From the IMG/VR virus record IMGVR_UViG_3300037454_000603, positions 15,646 to 79,645 of that record: a DNA stretch of 64,000 nt; one strand, given 5' to 3'. The stretch is from a virus. Its lineage: Duplodnaviria; Heunggongvirae; Uroviricota; Caudoviricetes. Below, piece by piece: positions 19,497 to 30,440 of this stretch; within the stretch, counting starts at the first letter, position 1, and the number at the start of each line of letters is the position of its first letter. The notes under the pieces are model-generated. The model saw only the letters and a program-made list of their open reading frames with translations, was not told where the DNA came from and ran no database searches. Position numbers and translations under genes: made by a program.

Positions 19497-19876
19497 TCAT
19501 ACCCGCATTTCGAGCAAGGTTGCGAACCTCTAACGACAGCTTAATGCCGAGACCAACTTTTGTTATGGAGTCTTGATGCTAAAGCCCCTTAGTTTCACAT
19601 ATGAACTAAAAAGTTTAATTACCACTTTATGCAGGTAATCCACAAAGTAATTAGTTTACTTAGACTGAAGATTTATACTCTTGATGACCTTCAACGCACC
19701 TAAGTTTAACCGCACATAGGGTAGGTTTGGATTTAATTCTAACCCCAGACCGAAATACTGGGTATTTCAATTGCAAAAGATAGAAGCATTTTTAATTCTT
19801 TGCTTAGGAATGGACACGAGGGATTACCACATCTACGCTCTTTTGGAGCGTCGCCTTAATTAGACCACTGTCTGAA

Positions 19877-19953
19877 TGGAGAGTACGAGAATCGAACTCG
19901 TCTGAATATCCAGTTTGCGAAACTGGTGACCACTCCTTGCAGTCCCACTCCCC
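19877..19953 (-). tRNA. tRNA-Ala (CGC) with the G3-U70 identity pair
   Basis: Acceptor GGGGAGT/ACTCTCC; anticodon stem CCAGT/ACTGG; loop TTCGCAA. Confidence 0.6.
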
Positions 19954-20038
19954 AAATGAGAGATTTTTATTTTATTTCCTCTCTCATTTTCTATATTAAT
20001 TATAACAAAAATTTCTGAAAAAATCAATTTTTTAATTT

Positions 20039-20296
20039 TTAAAGTTCATTGAATTCAATACTATCAAGAATATCAGCAAGCCTTGCCGCGTTTTCAATAA
20101 ATGCAGTAACATTTTTGCCAGACTGAGCTACTGTATCATAAACTTTACTTGGATCAATGTTTTTCATTTCATCTGCCATTTCAAGAATATTATAGGTTGC
20201 ATTTGTCATTGATGCAGCAATTATAAGATTCTCTCTTATTGCCTGATAAACATTCTCTTCTGTTAAATCGTTATTAAAAAGCTTATTTCTCTTCAT
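20039..20296 (-). CDS. Hypothetical protein
   Basis: Intact ORF; promoter module at 19990-20040. Confidence 0.5.
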   Translation of the reverse strand: MKRNKLFNNDLTEENVYQAIRENLIIAASMTNATYNILEMADEMKNIDPSKVYDTVAQSGKNVTAFIENAARLADILDSIEFNEL

Positions 20297-20309
20297 TTAA
20301 AAACTCCTC

Positions 20310-20567
20310 TCAATCTTTATCAACAAATTCTATGGTTATATAAAGTTCGTCGGTATCACTAGAATATGCATCAAATGCATCAGTATCTATACAATGAAGT
20401 TTAGAAATAAAATTCATTGCAGTTTCATTATCACCTTGTGCTATACAATCAAGTATATATCTCCCCACAAGTTTACGAAGTTTTGCTCTCGCTTTTTCAA
20501 GAGAAGAACAAATATATATATCAAACATTCCATCGTAATCCCAATGAACCACGTAAACTTTTTCCAC
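20310..20567 (-). CDS. Hypothetical protein
   Basis: Intact ORF; promoter module at 20577-20632. Confidence 0.5.
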   Translation of the reverse strand: MEKVYVVHWDYDGMFDIYICSSLEKARAKLRKLVGRYILDCIAQGDNETAMNFISKLHCIDTDAFDAYSSDTDELYITIEFVDKD

Positions 20568-20709
20568 TTTATTCTCCTTTCTTATTTTCTATAATAATTA
20601 TATCATAATTTTTTAAATTTTTCAAATAATTTTTTGCTTATTTCGCGCCGCGGCACCATAATTTTATGTTACGGCGGCGCGTTGTAATTTTAAAGTATGA
20701 TTGAAACTC

Positions 20710-21408
20710 TTATTCTTCAAAAAATTCGGAACTATCTTCAACTACCATTTCATAAACGTCTTCAAAATTTCCTTCTACTGCAAAGTAAATTCGTTCAGAA
20801 TCATAGTCTTCTCCGAAAATATCGTCGAAATCCTCGGCAATCTCAGGACAATCTCTTCCCATTTTATGACAGTAAACTCCAAGAGTAGGAATATAAACTC
20901 CAAAATGAAAATCCCAAGCACTACCAGCCATAGCTACAACATATTCATTTTCATTAGCTTCTTCAATATTTTGAATTATTCTTACATTTTTAAAAGCGTT
21001 GATAATATTATCTGCACAAACTCTTAGAGCTGTCATAGTGCGATAATCATGCTCTATTGCAATTGCAGTGTAAGCATCAAAACCATCTTCATAATCATTA
21101 TATCTATGATTATATGCAGCAAATGTCTTTTTTGCATCTATTTTACAATTGCTTATTTCTTCAAAAGTATAATAAATCTCGTCTTCAGTGTTTACTTCAC
21201 CAGATTCCAAGCTATAATGGTCGTAAAAACGTTCAAACTGGTCATCTGTTGCACAAGGATGATACCATACTCCCCACTTTTGAAAAGCAAAACTCATACA
21301 GTTATAGTCTTCCCAGCAAGAATTTTCGTAAGTTCTGTTACTATATTCATTCAGAGGGTCAACAACATCGGCAAGAATTTTTCCATTTGACAAAAGTGTA
21401 GTAGCCAT
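20710..21408 (-). CDS. Hypothetical acidic protein (232 aa)
   Basis: Intact ORF. Confidence 0.5.
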   Translation of the reverse strand: MATTLLSNGKILADVVDPLNEYSNRTYENSCWEDYNCMSFAFQKWGVWYHPCATDDQFERFYDHYSLESGEVNTEDEIYYTFEEISNCKIDAKKTFAAYNHRYNDYEDGFDAYTAIAIEHDYRTMTALRVCADNIINAFKNVRIIQNIEEANENEYVVAMAGSAWDFHFGVYIPTLGVYCHKMGRDCPEIAEDFDDIFGEDYDSERIYFAVEGNFEDVYEMVVEDSSEFFEE

Positions 21409-21531
21409 TTACAACTTCCTTCCTTTTTTATTTTTATTTATTTCTCATTTTCTATAATAATTATAGCATAAATTTTAAAAAAAATCAAATAAAAAAGAGA
21501 GTTTTTCAACTCTCTTTTAATTTTAATATTC

Positions 21532-21939
21532 TTAATTATTAGTTCTTGGAATCATTTTCAACTCATTATCTGTTATTGAAAGTCGCATTTCTCCTTCAAC
21601 TTTAAACTTATTAAACTGACTAGGTGTCATATACATATAAAAATAATATCCTTTATACAAGGGGCTTTCGACCATTACTCTAACCAATTGCTCCTCATGA
21701 TAAGATTCATAGCAGGAAATTTCAGTTACTTCATAAATTTTAGGCTTATTGCTTTCATGAATTGCCACAGGTATTGAAGAAAACAAGAAGCAAAAACCTA
21801 TTCCCACCACAACTAAACCAAATTCTTCAAAATGATACATAATAGCTACACCGCTCATAGCTAAAATAATTCCAATCACAAGCAATACTGGTACTAACAA
21901 ATTAATCCTCCTTAATACTCTGTGCCGCGAGGCCATCAA
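21532..21939 (-). CDS. Membrane protein (two TM segments)
   Basis: Intact ORF with hydrophobic segments. Confidence 0.5.
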   Translation of the reverse strand: MMASRHRVLRRINLLVPVLLVIGIILAMSGVAIMYHFEEFGLVVVGIGFCFLFSSIPVAIHESNKPKIYEVTEISCYESYHEEQLVRVMVESPLYKGYYFYMYMTPSQFNKFKVEGEMRLSITDNELKMIPRTNN

Positions 21940-22096
21940 AATTTATCTTCATCTTCATCTTTCCAAACTTCACTATCTTCAAAATCCTTATTATCTTTGT
22001 CAAGAATAAACAAAATCATTGCAGCAAACCATACAACTATTATTGCCGCGAAACAAATAATAAAAAATAGTCCAAGTTTCATTTTTATTCTCCTTT

Positions 22097-22423
22097 TTAA
22101 TCCATTGGTCTACCAAAGGCAAGTCTATGTTCATAAGACTGCAAATCCTTATAACCTGCTGCAGTAAGGTCCGCGGCAGCAAAAATGGCCACGTCAGAAG
22201 CAAGATAAGTATTTTCTACTTCTGCAAGCTCAATCATTATAGCAGGATATTTCTCGCTTATACACCAATTAATAGCATGCATTATTTCCTCAAGTTTATC
22301 TCCAGACTCTACCACTATTCCATAAAGAGTAGCATTTGGACACTTAACATTAAACTCCCCTTCGTAATCATGAGCAATAAAGGGATAGCCCCAGCCTTTA
22401 AAAGAATTTGCTTCAATTATCAT
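22097..22423 (-). CDS. Hypothetical protein
   Basis: Intact ORF. Confidence 0.5.
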   Translation of the reverse strand: MIIEANSFKGWGYPFIAHDYEGEFNVKCPNATLYGIVVESGDKLEEIMHAINWCISEKYPAIMIELAEVENTYLASDVAIFAAADLTAAGYKDLQSYEHRLAFGRPMD

Positions 22424-22425
22424 TT

Positions 22426-22737
22426 TTAATTCCTCCTGTTTGTTAAAATATAACTATCTGTTTCAATTTCTGTTCCATCTTCAAGGACAAAAGTATAGCT
22501 TTTATAATATGTCCCGCCCTTATTCTCAAAGCTTTGAATTTCTGAAGTCTTAATTGAAATTCCATCTATTATTATATATTCAAAAGATTGAATCTTTGCA
22601 TATCTATCCTCTTGAACTTTGTTGGCAACAGGACTTAATATTAAATACATTGCCAACATAATACAGCTTATTAATACTATTGCAAATAAAAATAATTTTA
22701 TTGTAAAGAATATTTCTTTTTTTGTTTCTTCTTTCAT
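22426..22737 (-). CDS. Membrane-anchored protein
   Basis: Intact ORF with an N-terminal TM segment. Confidence 0.5.
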   Translation of the reverse strand: MKEETKKEIFFTIKLFLFAIVLISCIMLAMYLILSPVANKVQEDRYAKIQSFEYIIIDGISIKTSEIQSFENKGGTYYKSYTFVLEDGTEIETDSYILTNRRN

Positions 22738-22762
22738 TTCCAGTATCTCCTTATAATAGCTT

Positions 22763-23053
22763 CTACAATTGCTTCATTCTATCTAGATATTTTCTATATT
22801 CTTTTTTATTTTTCTGTATTTCTATTCTATTTTGATTTCTTAAAACCCATTCATAGCAAGTCTTTCGAGTGGATGCTGAGCAAACTCTAAGTCCAGAATT
22901 TAAATCTGTACAAACCCATTTCAGAATAGTCGAAACATTTCTTTTCTGAATTTTATGAAAACCATAAATATTAGTTTCATCAATCCAGCCTGTTTTAACT
23001 TCATAGGTTCCGTCAATTTTCATTATATAAAATTTTCCTTTGTGAAATCTCAT
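22763..23053 (-). CDS. Hypothetical protein (true start MRFHKGKFYIM)
   Basis: Promoter-module artefact at the N-terminus on the track. Confidence 0.5.
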   Translation of the reverse strand: MRFHKGKFYIMKIDGTYEVKTGWIDETNIYGFHKIQKRNVSTILKWVCTDLNSGLRVCSASTRKTCYEWVLRNQNRIEIQKNKKEYRKYLDRMKQL

Positions 23054-23142
23054 ATAAATTCCTCTTTTCTTATTTTCTATAATAATTATATCATAAAAAA
23101 TAAAAAAAGTCAAAGAATTTTTATTCTTTGACTTTCATTTTA

Positions 23143-23799
23143 TTAAAGACCCCACTTCTTAAATTCGTTATCTAAATTTATTTGCCAGTCGTTAAGAAAA
23201 TCTCCAAATATCTGAGTAAAAGCATCTTTAGGCTTCTCGCTATTTTTACTTTCTTCTTTCTTAATATTCAAATTTTTCTGAAGAAAATCCTCCAAATCTT
23301 CAGAAGTTTTTTCATTATAATTGAGAGGCGGCTTAACGTTTTTCATCTTATTAAGTACTTCTTCATCTTTATTAGCCAAAGTCTTGCCCTGATGCTTCAT
23401 TATAAGGTCAAAACAGTTTGGAGCATATTTAACATTATAATTATGAATTTCTGTCTTCAAAGCCTCATACTTACTCAAAATGCTCTGCTCTGCTATTTTT
23501 CTTTCCTTTTCTATTTTATTTTCATTTTCTGTCTCTTTCATTTCACACTTCTGTGCACACATATACATGTCCTTCAATGATGTATAGGTCTTACCACAAA
23601 TAGGACACTTATAAACTCTTTCCATTCTTAAATCCTCCAATTTATTAATAAAATTCCTTTGAGCGTTCTCTGTCCGCCTGCTTACGACGGCGATAATTAT
23701 TGCTTTGTCGCTTATCTTTTTCTTTGTTTCGTTTCTCCTGTTTCTTCTGTTTGTCTCTTTCTCGACGCTGCTCAATTTCGTCCTTGTCATAAACGTCAT
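23143..23799 (-). CDS. Hypothetical protein with a C2C2 zinc finger and a K/E-rich region
   Basis: Intact ORF. Confidence 0.5.
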   Translation of the reverse strand: MTFMTRTKLSSVEKETNRRNRRNETKKKISDKAIIIAVVSRRTENAQRNFINKLEDLRMERVYKCPICGKTYTSLKDMYMCAQKCEMKETENENKIEKERKIAEQSILSKYEALKTEIHNYNVKYAPNCFDLIMKHQGKTLANKDEEVLNKMKNVKPPLNYNEKTSEDLEDFLQKNLNIKKEESKNSEKPKDAFTQIFGDFLNDWQINLDNEFKKWGL

Positions 23800-24380
23800 T
23801 CCGACGGTTCAATTGTAATCCCTCCATAGAATATATTATGAAACTCCTCTGATGTAAAATCGTCAATAGAAGCTACTTCATCACAATGAATAAATAAATC
23901 AAAAATTTCCATTTTATTCTCCTTTAGTCTGTAATATCTTCAGTGGTAGGTGGATAGCACTCAATCCCATAATAAATTTGAGTGTCCACTTCATTGTAAC
24001 TATTAAGAATCTCATTATAAATTTTGAATCTACTTAAAACAAAATCATACTCCTCAATTTCTTCATCAAGAGACTCTATTGTATCCATAATTTCAAAATA
24101 CGTTGAAAGCATATTTTCAGTTTTATTGCTTAAAAGTTTAAGGGCTTTTTTGTAATTTTTCTTTCTTTTTTGAAGAGAAGCGATATCAGCCTTAACTTCC
24201 AGAATAAGCTAATTAAGTTTATCAATAGTAAGTTCTCGAATCTTTTCATAAGGAGCATTAGCACTCATGAGTTCATAAATTCTTGTACTTCTACAAAAAG
24301 TACCGAGCGGAATAAAAACTTCTTTATTTTCTGTTGTTATATAAATATTCAAATATTCACTCACAATATTCCTCTCCTTC

Positions 24381-25121
24381 CTAAAAATATTCGTAGAAAT
24401 TACTATTATAGCCCGCATAATCAAAAATCATACAGCGTCCATCTTTGGCGAAGCCATAATTACCTCTATGTAAATCATCTATATATTCGGTTTCATAAAC
24501 AACCTTCGCCGCCTTAGTAATTCCAAAAGTTTCAATTAATGCACCAACAAAACTTTTACCTAGTCTTTTATTAGTCACATGATTAATTATTTTATTTTTG
24601 ATAGGAGAAATAGTTTTAACATAGTCAATATCAAAACTATATTTTGAATTTTCATAAGTTGTTGAATATTTTTCTTGAATATAAATACTTAAACCATCAA
24701 TATTCATTATAAAAAAATTAGGAGTAAGTATTTGCTGAAGTTCATCAGATGCATTTTCATAGAAATCGTCTTCAATTTGACATACATCTTGAGTTGCTTC
24801 ACCAACGGGTTTAAAATCTGTTTCAAATCCATCTTCATCATAGGTACAGGAATAAAAACCTGTAAAAGGAATTTTTATTACATAATTTCTTTTGCGAGGT
24901 ACAATAACAAGTTTTGTCATTCCCATATAAATTTGAAAATCTTCGTCCCAATCAGGATAAGAAATAAAACTTGGTTCGGGAACAAAACCCGTTATTATTT
25001 CATGGTCTGCAGGATCGGAGTCTCCCATTACCGCTTCTTCAGCAATATAAAGCCCTTCAAGTTTTCCATAACCGAGAGCTTCTCTAACATAATATTCAAT
25101 TTCTTTAATAGAATATTTCAT
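24381..25121 (-). CDS. Hypothetical protein (true start MKYSIKEIEYY)
   Basis: Promoter-module artefact at the N-terminus on the track. Confidence 0.55.
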   Translation of the reverse strand: MKYSIKEIEYYVREALGYGKLEGLYIAEEAVMGDSDPADHEIITGFVPEPSFISYPDWDEDFQIYMGMTKLVIVPRKRNYVIKIPFTGFYSCTYDEDGFETDFKPVGEATQDVCQIEDDFYENASDELQQILTPNFFIMNIDGLSIYIQEKYSTTYENSKYSFDIDYVKTISPIKNKIINHVTNKRLGKSFVGALIETFGITKAAKVVYETEYIDDLHRGNYGFAKDGRCMIFDYAGYNSNFYEYF

Positions 25122-25195
25122 TTTAAAGCACTCCTTTTTATTTTCTATAATAATTATAGCATAAAAAATAAAATTTTTCAAATATTCTATTGATT

Positions 25196-25270
25196 ACCTT
25201 GCGCCGCGGCACCATTGATGGACAAACAAAAGCAAGCCGCGCGAATTATATCGGCGGCCGGCACGGTATA
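25196..25270 (-). repeat. GC-rich hairpin element (GCGCCGCGGCACCATTGATGG ... GGCGGCCGGCACGGTATATA) immediately upstream of a promoter module
   Basis: Seen in the sequence; same arrangement as 10740, 15690, 20642, 48080 and 53622. Confidence 0.65.
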
Positions 25271-25442
25271 TAATCAAACTAAAAAATGAGTAATAATAAA
25301 AACAATAGAAAGGAAATAAATTAAAGCTCCAAAGCCTTTCTTTAAAGCTTTTTTCTTCTCTTTTCTTGCTGCCCAGTATCCTGCGCCGCCAGCCTCTAAC
25401 ATATAAGCCAATAATAAAATAAAAATTCCTAAATACCACATA

Positions 25443-26573
25443 TTATTTCAACCCCAAAAATTTTACAAGTTCTTTTGCAGTTTTTCCTTCAATAGAAAGT
25501 TTATCATCGTAAGCTAAATAAGCCCAATTTGTATGCTCATTTAAGTTCTTTTTAACCCAATCAGAAAATTCTTTTCGACTCGCGGCGCAGTGTTCTTTTT
25601 TCCAATTTTCAACCATTTCTTTAACAGCTAAAGTCATACCGATAGCAGCTTTATACTGTAAGCTAACTTTATGAAAGAAGTCACGGTATTGACCAAAATA
25701 AGCTAAAAACTCATCTTGCTCATTTTCAAGTATCATTGCCAGTGCTCTTTCTACTGTTAGAACGCCGTTATTCGCCATTCTATGGAGTTCTACATACTTC
25801 TCAGTTTTGATTTTAACTCTATCGAAATCTGCATCACAAACTACTATTCCTTCATTATTGTCGCCCATATTTTTAACAAATTCACAATAATCTCTTTTGC
25901 TATTAAAATAATAATGTTTGGGGGTCTCAAAACCGCAAGCATCTCCAATCATTTCAACCGCTTCAGGATAAAGTTCTAAAAGAGTTCTCATATCTCTAAT
26001 TGAAAGCAGATAGAGAGCAGGCTCAGGGTAATCTAAAACGATACGCGTAACAGGGCTTACAAGCTCAAAAGTCCAACACTTTATCTTATTATAGTTCTTA
26101 AAATTAGATAGAGGACAAACTGCTTCAAAAAGTTCTCCATAGGTTTTGTAAGGGCTTGCTGGATTATTAATTTCGGCTTTGAAGGCGTCAATACACCCAT
26201 TGGTCGACAAATGCCATTTACCACGAGCATACCAAGCAGACATTATAGAGCCATCTATTTTTTCACTTGCCCACGCGGTAGGCCATTCAATCTGCGCTGC
26301 GTGAGACTCTCCAAGATTAAAAAATCTTTCAAAGGCGAAACGAACAACTTTAAAATTCTGAGTTGAATCGAGAATAAGCCCTCTTGCTTCTCGGCATATT
26401 TTTTCATTAAAATCTGAGTTAATTTGGTTATACTTAAATAATACAAATCCATCATCCCAGCTTATTTTTAAGTTATATGGAGCACCAGAAAGGAGAGCCT
26501 CCCAATCTTTATGCTCATGTATGAATTTAACTATTTCTAACATCTTCTTCTCTCCATTTCCATTTATATCCAT
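25443..26573 (-). CDS. T4 Rnl1-like RNA ligase (motif I EKIDGS; FFNLGE; motif IV EGIVVC; motif V KIKTEKY)
   Basis: Motif order and spacing match RNA ligase 1 by inspection. Confidence 0.7.
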   Translation of the reverse strand: MDINGNGEKKMLEIVKFIHEHKDWEALLSGAPYNLKISWDDGFVLFKYNQINSDFNEKICREARGLILDSTQNFKVVRFAFERFFNLGESHAAQIEWPTAWASEKIDGSIMSAWYARGKWHLSTNGCIDAFKAEINNPASPYKTYGELFEAVCPLSNFKNYNKIKCWTFELVSPVTRIVLDYPEPALYLLSIRDMRTLLELYPEAVEMIGDACGFETPKHYYFNSKRDYCEFVKNMGDNNEGIVVCDADFDRVKIKTEKYVELHRMANNGVLTVERALAMILENEQDEFLAYFGQYRDFFHKVSLQYKAAIGMTLAVKEMVENWKKEHCAASRKEFSDWVKKNLNEHTNWAYLAYDDKLSIEGKTAKELVKFLGLK

Positions 26574-26688
26574 ACGCAGTTTTTCTATCTCCTTTACATA
26601 CTAAACGAATAGAATTTGCTGCACTTCTTGTTTTTCCTATTGCTAAAGCAGCTTCCTCACAAGCTTCATATGTAGCTATAAAATTTCC

Positions 26689-27410
26689 CTATAAGTCATA
26701 TTGATTAACAGGCCTTGCTCCTGTTTTTCGATATGGCTTTGGAGCTGGTTCTCCATGTTTTACAAATAAATATTTTAACGCTCTGCCGCCAGTAGATAGA
26801 GCAGTACTTACCATACTTTCTGTCATATTTAACGCATGAGCAGCAGCACGACCGGACTCATAAGTATTCAAAAAATTACCTTTTAAGTCATAACAGTCAA
26901 TGCAAATTTTTCTTGAAGATTGCATAGCTTTTGTTGCTTTTTCTTTTTGCCTTTGCTTTGCTTCTTCTGACCACCCTTTGAAACCAGATAGAGCATAATA
27001 CACTGTATTACGTCTACATTCATATTCTTTGGCAATTTCATCAACACTAAAGCCTTTGTCCCACAGATTCTTAAATTCCTAATAGTTATACTTCTGCGCA
27101 CCTTCGCCACCAATTGTCGAGTTATACCCTTCTTGGTAAGAGTTATATTCTGCTATCCAATAACATTCTCTATCAGAAAGCGCAGAATTATCTTCTACGT
27201 ATTCAAGCTCTTTTGCTTGAAAATGATCAATACCATATTTTCTTATTGCTTTATAAAAATGTGTATCATGACGGGAATCTCCCTCAGAAGAAAAAGCTCT
27301 ACGTTTATGTTCATGCCATCTATGTTCTATTGTAGAAATTGTCTATCCAATATAAACCTTATCGTTTATATCATTAGTAATTATATAAATGTATCCCATT
27401 TATATCGCCT
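26689..27410 (-). CDS. GIY-YIG homing endonuclease (MGYIYIITNDINDKVYIG-TAG-T...HRWHEH) with a C-terminal NUMOD-like DNA-binding tail. Two in-frame TAG codons.
   Basis: Hand translation; ORF 26689-27003 is its C-terminus. Confidence 0.65.
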
Positions 27411-27770
27411 CCATTTCTGTATTCTATTTATAAAGTAGAAAATTCGCAAAAACAATACAGAAAAATTAAGACTTAATATCCTGTTTTAAAATTCTCTTTC
27501 ACCACCACATAAGCAAATAAAACTCTTCGGGTAGCTTTCCTTCTTCAACTAATTCAAGTGTTCGCTTTAAAATTGCTTTAGACTCAACCTCATCATCATA
27601 ACAATAGTCTTCTCCACTCATTTCTTCAAGCTAATATCGGTCTAAATGAGTAAAGCTATCATTCATCATACCATCTGACAAAAAAGTACTAAGTACAAAA
27701 GACCTTAGAGAAGGGTCAAATTCTTTTTCTAAGTCATTAACATCAACGACAAAAGCTTCCTTATATAACA

Positions 27771-28019
27771 TTATTCTTTATCCACCTCTACTCTTTCAAC
27801 ATAAAGCGGACACTCATTTTCTTCTTGACAATAACAGTTAAAATCGTTAGGATTATCAGAATAATTTTTTGTCAACTGAATTATAGCATTTTTCTTGTCA
27901 ATATTATCTAACCATTCCAAGCCCATTATATTTTCGATAACTTCAACAAGGGCTCTTTCGGAGGTAGAATAAGCTCCTAAAACACAACCCATCCAATCTG
28001 TAATAACCCAAATTTCCAT
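27771..28019 (-). CDS. Hypothetical protein
   Basis: Intact ORF. Confidence 0.45.
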   Translation of the reverse strand: MEIWVITDWMGCVLGAYSTSERALVEVIENIMGLEWLDNIDKKNAIIQLTKNYSDNPNDFNCYCQEENECPLYVERVEVDKE

Positions 28020-28020
28020 T

Positions 28021-28278
28021 TTAATCCTCCTTTTCCTTCCAATTTATATTATAAACTTCTTTTAAAGTATTAATCATACATTGTCTATAATCAGGATACT
28101 TGTTATTTTCCAATCGAGCGATAATTTGTTCCTTTGAAGCTGGTGTAAAATTATTCTCATTCATTGATGTTAAACAATTCATATCACCAAGAGCACAAAT
28201 ATGACAATCAAAACAAGGAATTATATCTTCATCATTCCAATGACTGAACATTTTTAGTCCTCCATTTCCGCGCCGCAA
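28021..28278 (-). CDS. Hypothetical protein
   Basis: Intact ORF. Confidence 0.45.
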   Translation of the reverse strand: MRRGNGGLKMFSHWNDEDIIPCFDCHICALGDMNCLTSMNENNFTPASKEQIIARLENNKYPDYRQCMINTLKEVYNINWKEKED

Positions 28279-28529
28279 TTAGGGCAATAACTTGTATATC
28301 TTTCAAGCGGTACTTCTATTGCGCCGCACGACGAGCAGTCCGCGCAATCAAGAGTACCATAAGCTGTAGTTATCTTGCCCCAGTTAATCCACTTACCCTT
28401 CTTACGCTCTGTCTCAAAAGAGTCTTCGTGATATTCAAATCTACCAATAAGACTGCGGAGATCAGTCTCGCCGCAGCACCTCATATCATTAACTACATCT
28501 TCAACAGTATCAACAGGAACTACTAACAT
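28254..28529 (-). CDS. Zinc-ribbon protein
   Basis: Intact ORF, CxxC pairs. Confidence 0.45.
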   Translation of the reverse strand: MLVVPVDTVEDVVNDMRCCGETDLRSLIGRFEYHEDSFETERKKGKWINWGKITTAYGTLDCADCSSCGAIEVPLERYTSYCPNCGAEMED

Positions 28530-28530
28530 A

Positions 28531-28800
28531 TTAATTCTCCTTTCTGTATGAAGAATAGATTATTTTTTCTATTCTTGGTAATACCTCTGTTTCTTTAAGA
28601 TTATTTCTTAAACAAAAATCCTGTGTAAAAGCCTTGATGGAGAAATTTATGAAAGTTCTTAAAATTTCAGCTTCCTCATCATCAGACAGTTGCTCAGGTC
28701 TATTTATATAATATTTATGGAAAATTCCTTCTGATGGACAGTTTGGGTCAACTTTCATAATCGTAATTTGAAAAGCATTAAAATTTTGAATTTCTTGCAT
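28531..28800 (-). CDS. Hypothetical protein
   Basis: Intact ORF; promoter module at 28810-28860. Confidence 0.45.
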   Translation of the reverse strand: MQEIQNFNAFQITIMKVDPNCPSEGIFHKYYINRPEQLSDDEEAEILRTFINFSIKAFTQDFCLRNNLKETEVLPRIEKIIYSSYRKEN

Positions 28801-28802
28801 TT

Positions 28803-29180
28803 TTATTTCCTTTCTTTTTCTTTTCTATATATATTATAACAAAATTTTTTAAATTTTTCAAATTTTCTTTCTGATTTCAGCCTATTAATTCGTATAATCA
28901 TTGGAAAAGGCGCCTTTGTGCCTATATCAACTACATCTGACGAGATATAGATATACTCAGACGACAGATATTCTTCATTCATAGATTGAAATTCTACCAT
29001 TTTACAAGGCCCTTTCATGGTTATATTGTGCCGCCCAAATTTATCTACATATTCATAAGATATTATTGCTATCTTTTTGGACGGATCTATAAAGAAATTA
29101 TAAAATCTATCCACTTTAAATATTTTACTCATTTTATCCATTTTTTCTCTTATTCCCGCACCTCTACTCTTCGTGCCCAT
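28803..29180 (-). CDS. Hypothetical basic protein
   Basis: Intact ORF. Confidence 0.45.
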   Translation of the reverse strand: MGTKSRGAGIREKMDKMSKIFKVDRFYNFFIDPSKKIAIISYEYVDKFGRHNITMKGPCKMVEFQSMNEEYLSSEYIYISSDVVDIGTKAPFPMIIRINRLKSERKFEKFKKFCYNIYRKEKERK

Positions 29181-29407
29181 CGACTATTTTGACCACAATT
29201 AAATCCAAAAAATAATTCATTTTGTCTATAAGAAGATTTTAGAAAATCTTGATAAGGTTCTGGATTAAAACTTCGAGATTCAGCAATATCTTCAATGTAA
29301 TGATATAAATAGTAATAGGCTCTATTTGCTGTTTTAAAAATTATTGGTTCATCTCTATAACAACTTTCAATTATCCATACATAATCCATTTTAATTTCTC
29401 ACTCTCC

Positions 29408-30016
29408 TTACTTAAACAACCCGAGTTCTTCTATATGTCTTCCTTGAATAGTGTGATAAATTTCTTTCCAATCTTTACAGAAAGTAACATCATTCTTTTC
29501 TGCATATTGCTCTGCTTTAAATTTCTCATTCCAAGGGTACTCAAAGCAAATGCCATGATAGGGCGGCGAATCAATAAAATGGTCGTAACAATCATCAACC
29601 AGAAAATCTACATTAAGTAACTGTTTCTTTTTAATTGAAATTGCGTGCTGACGTACATAGTCCTCTGGGAAGAAACTTAATTCCCTAGTTAAAAAGCTAA
29701 TTTTCTTTCTAAAATTTTCTGCTGTTGTTGCGGTCGCAAAATAAATTTCAGCACCTTCTTCATATAGTTTATGAATATAATATGCCGCCCCATCAATCAT
29801 TCGAACCTTTTTCCAGACAGACTTTTGCTCAAAAGCTATAGGAACAATCCACTGACATTCTGGCGGCAAAGCATCTTCAATCCAATATGAAGTCATATCT
29901 TCCATTTTTAAATTAACTTGTGGAAAACAAGAGTTAATAAAAGCAAGAATTTGAGTTGTTGTATCTGTTAGAACATTGTCTATATCAATTGCTATTTTCA
30001 TTATCTTCCCCCTCAC
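29408..30016 (-). CDS. HAD-family 5'(3')-deoxyribonucleotidase-like phosphatase (IAIDIDNVL)
   Basis: DxDxV motif at the N-terminus. Confidence 0.55.
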   Translation of the reverse strand: MRGKIMKIAIDIDNVLTDTTTQILAFINSCFPQVNLKMEDMTSYWIEDALPPECQWIVPIAFEQKSVWKKVRMIDGAAYYIHKLYEEGAEIYFATATTAENFRKKISFLTRELSFFPEDYVRQHAISIKKKQLLNVDFLVDDCYDHFIDSPPYHGICFEYPWNEKFKAEQYAEKNDVTFCKDWKEIYHTIQGRHIEELGLFK

Positions 30017-30386
30017 AAACCCACTTCATTACTTTAACTTCTTTGTAATAACAACGGCGAGGTACCTGCGGCTCATATTCTTCTATTCCATAGTCGTCAT
30101 GCTGCCAAAAATGCACCATATAATGTTCGTCGTCTTCAATATCAATTATATATTCCCTAATAACCCAGCCGCGCCGCCCCTCACCTACTATATCTCCATA
30201 GTCATAATGAAAAAGGTCCCAACCAAAAATCAAATCCAAATCATCAACAGTTTCTCCATTTCTAAACATTTCTTTAAGATGATTTATCATGAAGTCTTCT
30301 TCTTCTTTGGAAACCATAGTATTTATTCCATCTTCACTCCAGTTTTCTCTATCTGTAAATCTTTCAACTATATCTTTATAATCCAT
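29985..30386 (-). CDS. Hypothetical acidic protein
   Basis: Intact ORF. Confidence 0.45.
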   Translation of the reverse strand: MDYKDIVERFTDRENWSEDGINTMVSKEEEDFMINHLKEMFRNGETVDDLDLIFGWDLFHYDYGDIVGEGRRGWVIREYIIDIEDDEHYMVHFWQHDDYGIEEYEPQVPRRCYYKEVKVMKWVCEGEDNENSN

Positions 30387-30440
30387 TATTCATCACCTCA
30401 CCTTTTATATTCATATCACTTTTATTATCCTAGTTATATA

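Noticed and set aside
19498-19860. Additional tRNAs or a tmRNA in the 19500-19860 gap
   Set aside because: There are T-arm-like fragments (AGAGG-TTCGCAA-CCTTG and ACGCT/AGCGT stems). I could not assemble a complete cloverleaf or paired tmRNA termini by hand, so the region is left uncalled.
14919-25181. N-terminal extensions such as MKFLKNYDIIIIENKK on track ORFs (14919-15668, 16278-16568, 22763-23113, 24381-25181)
   Set aside because: These are in-frame translations of the conserved promoter/RBS module. The true starts are the internal ATG codons preceded by AAGGAGG.
25194-25439. Track ORF 25194-25439 (MVFRNFYFII...)
   Set aside because: This is the wrong frame. An alternative frame gives a plausible 2-TM small membrane protein starting MWYLGIFILLLAYMLEAGGAGYW; it is low-confidence and not listed as a feature.
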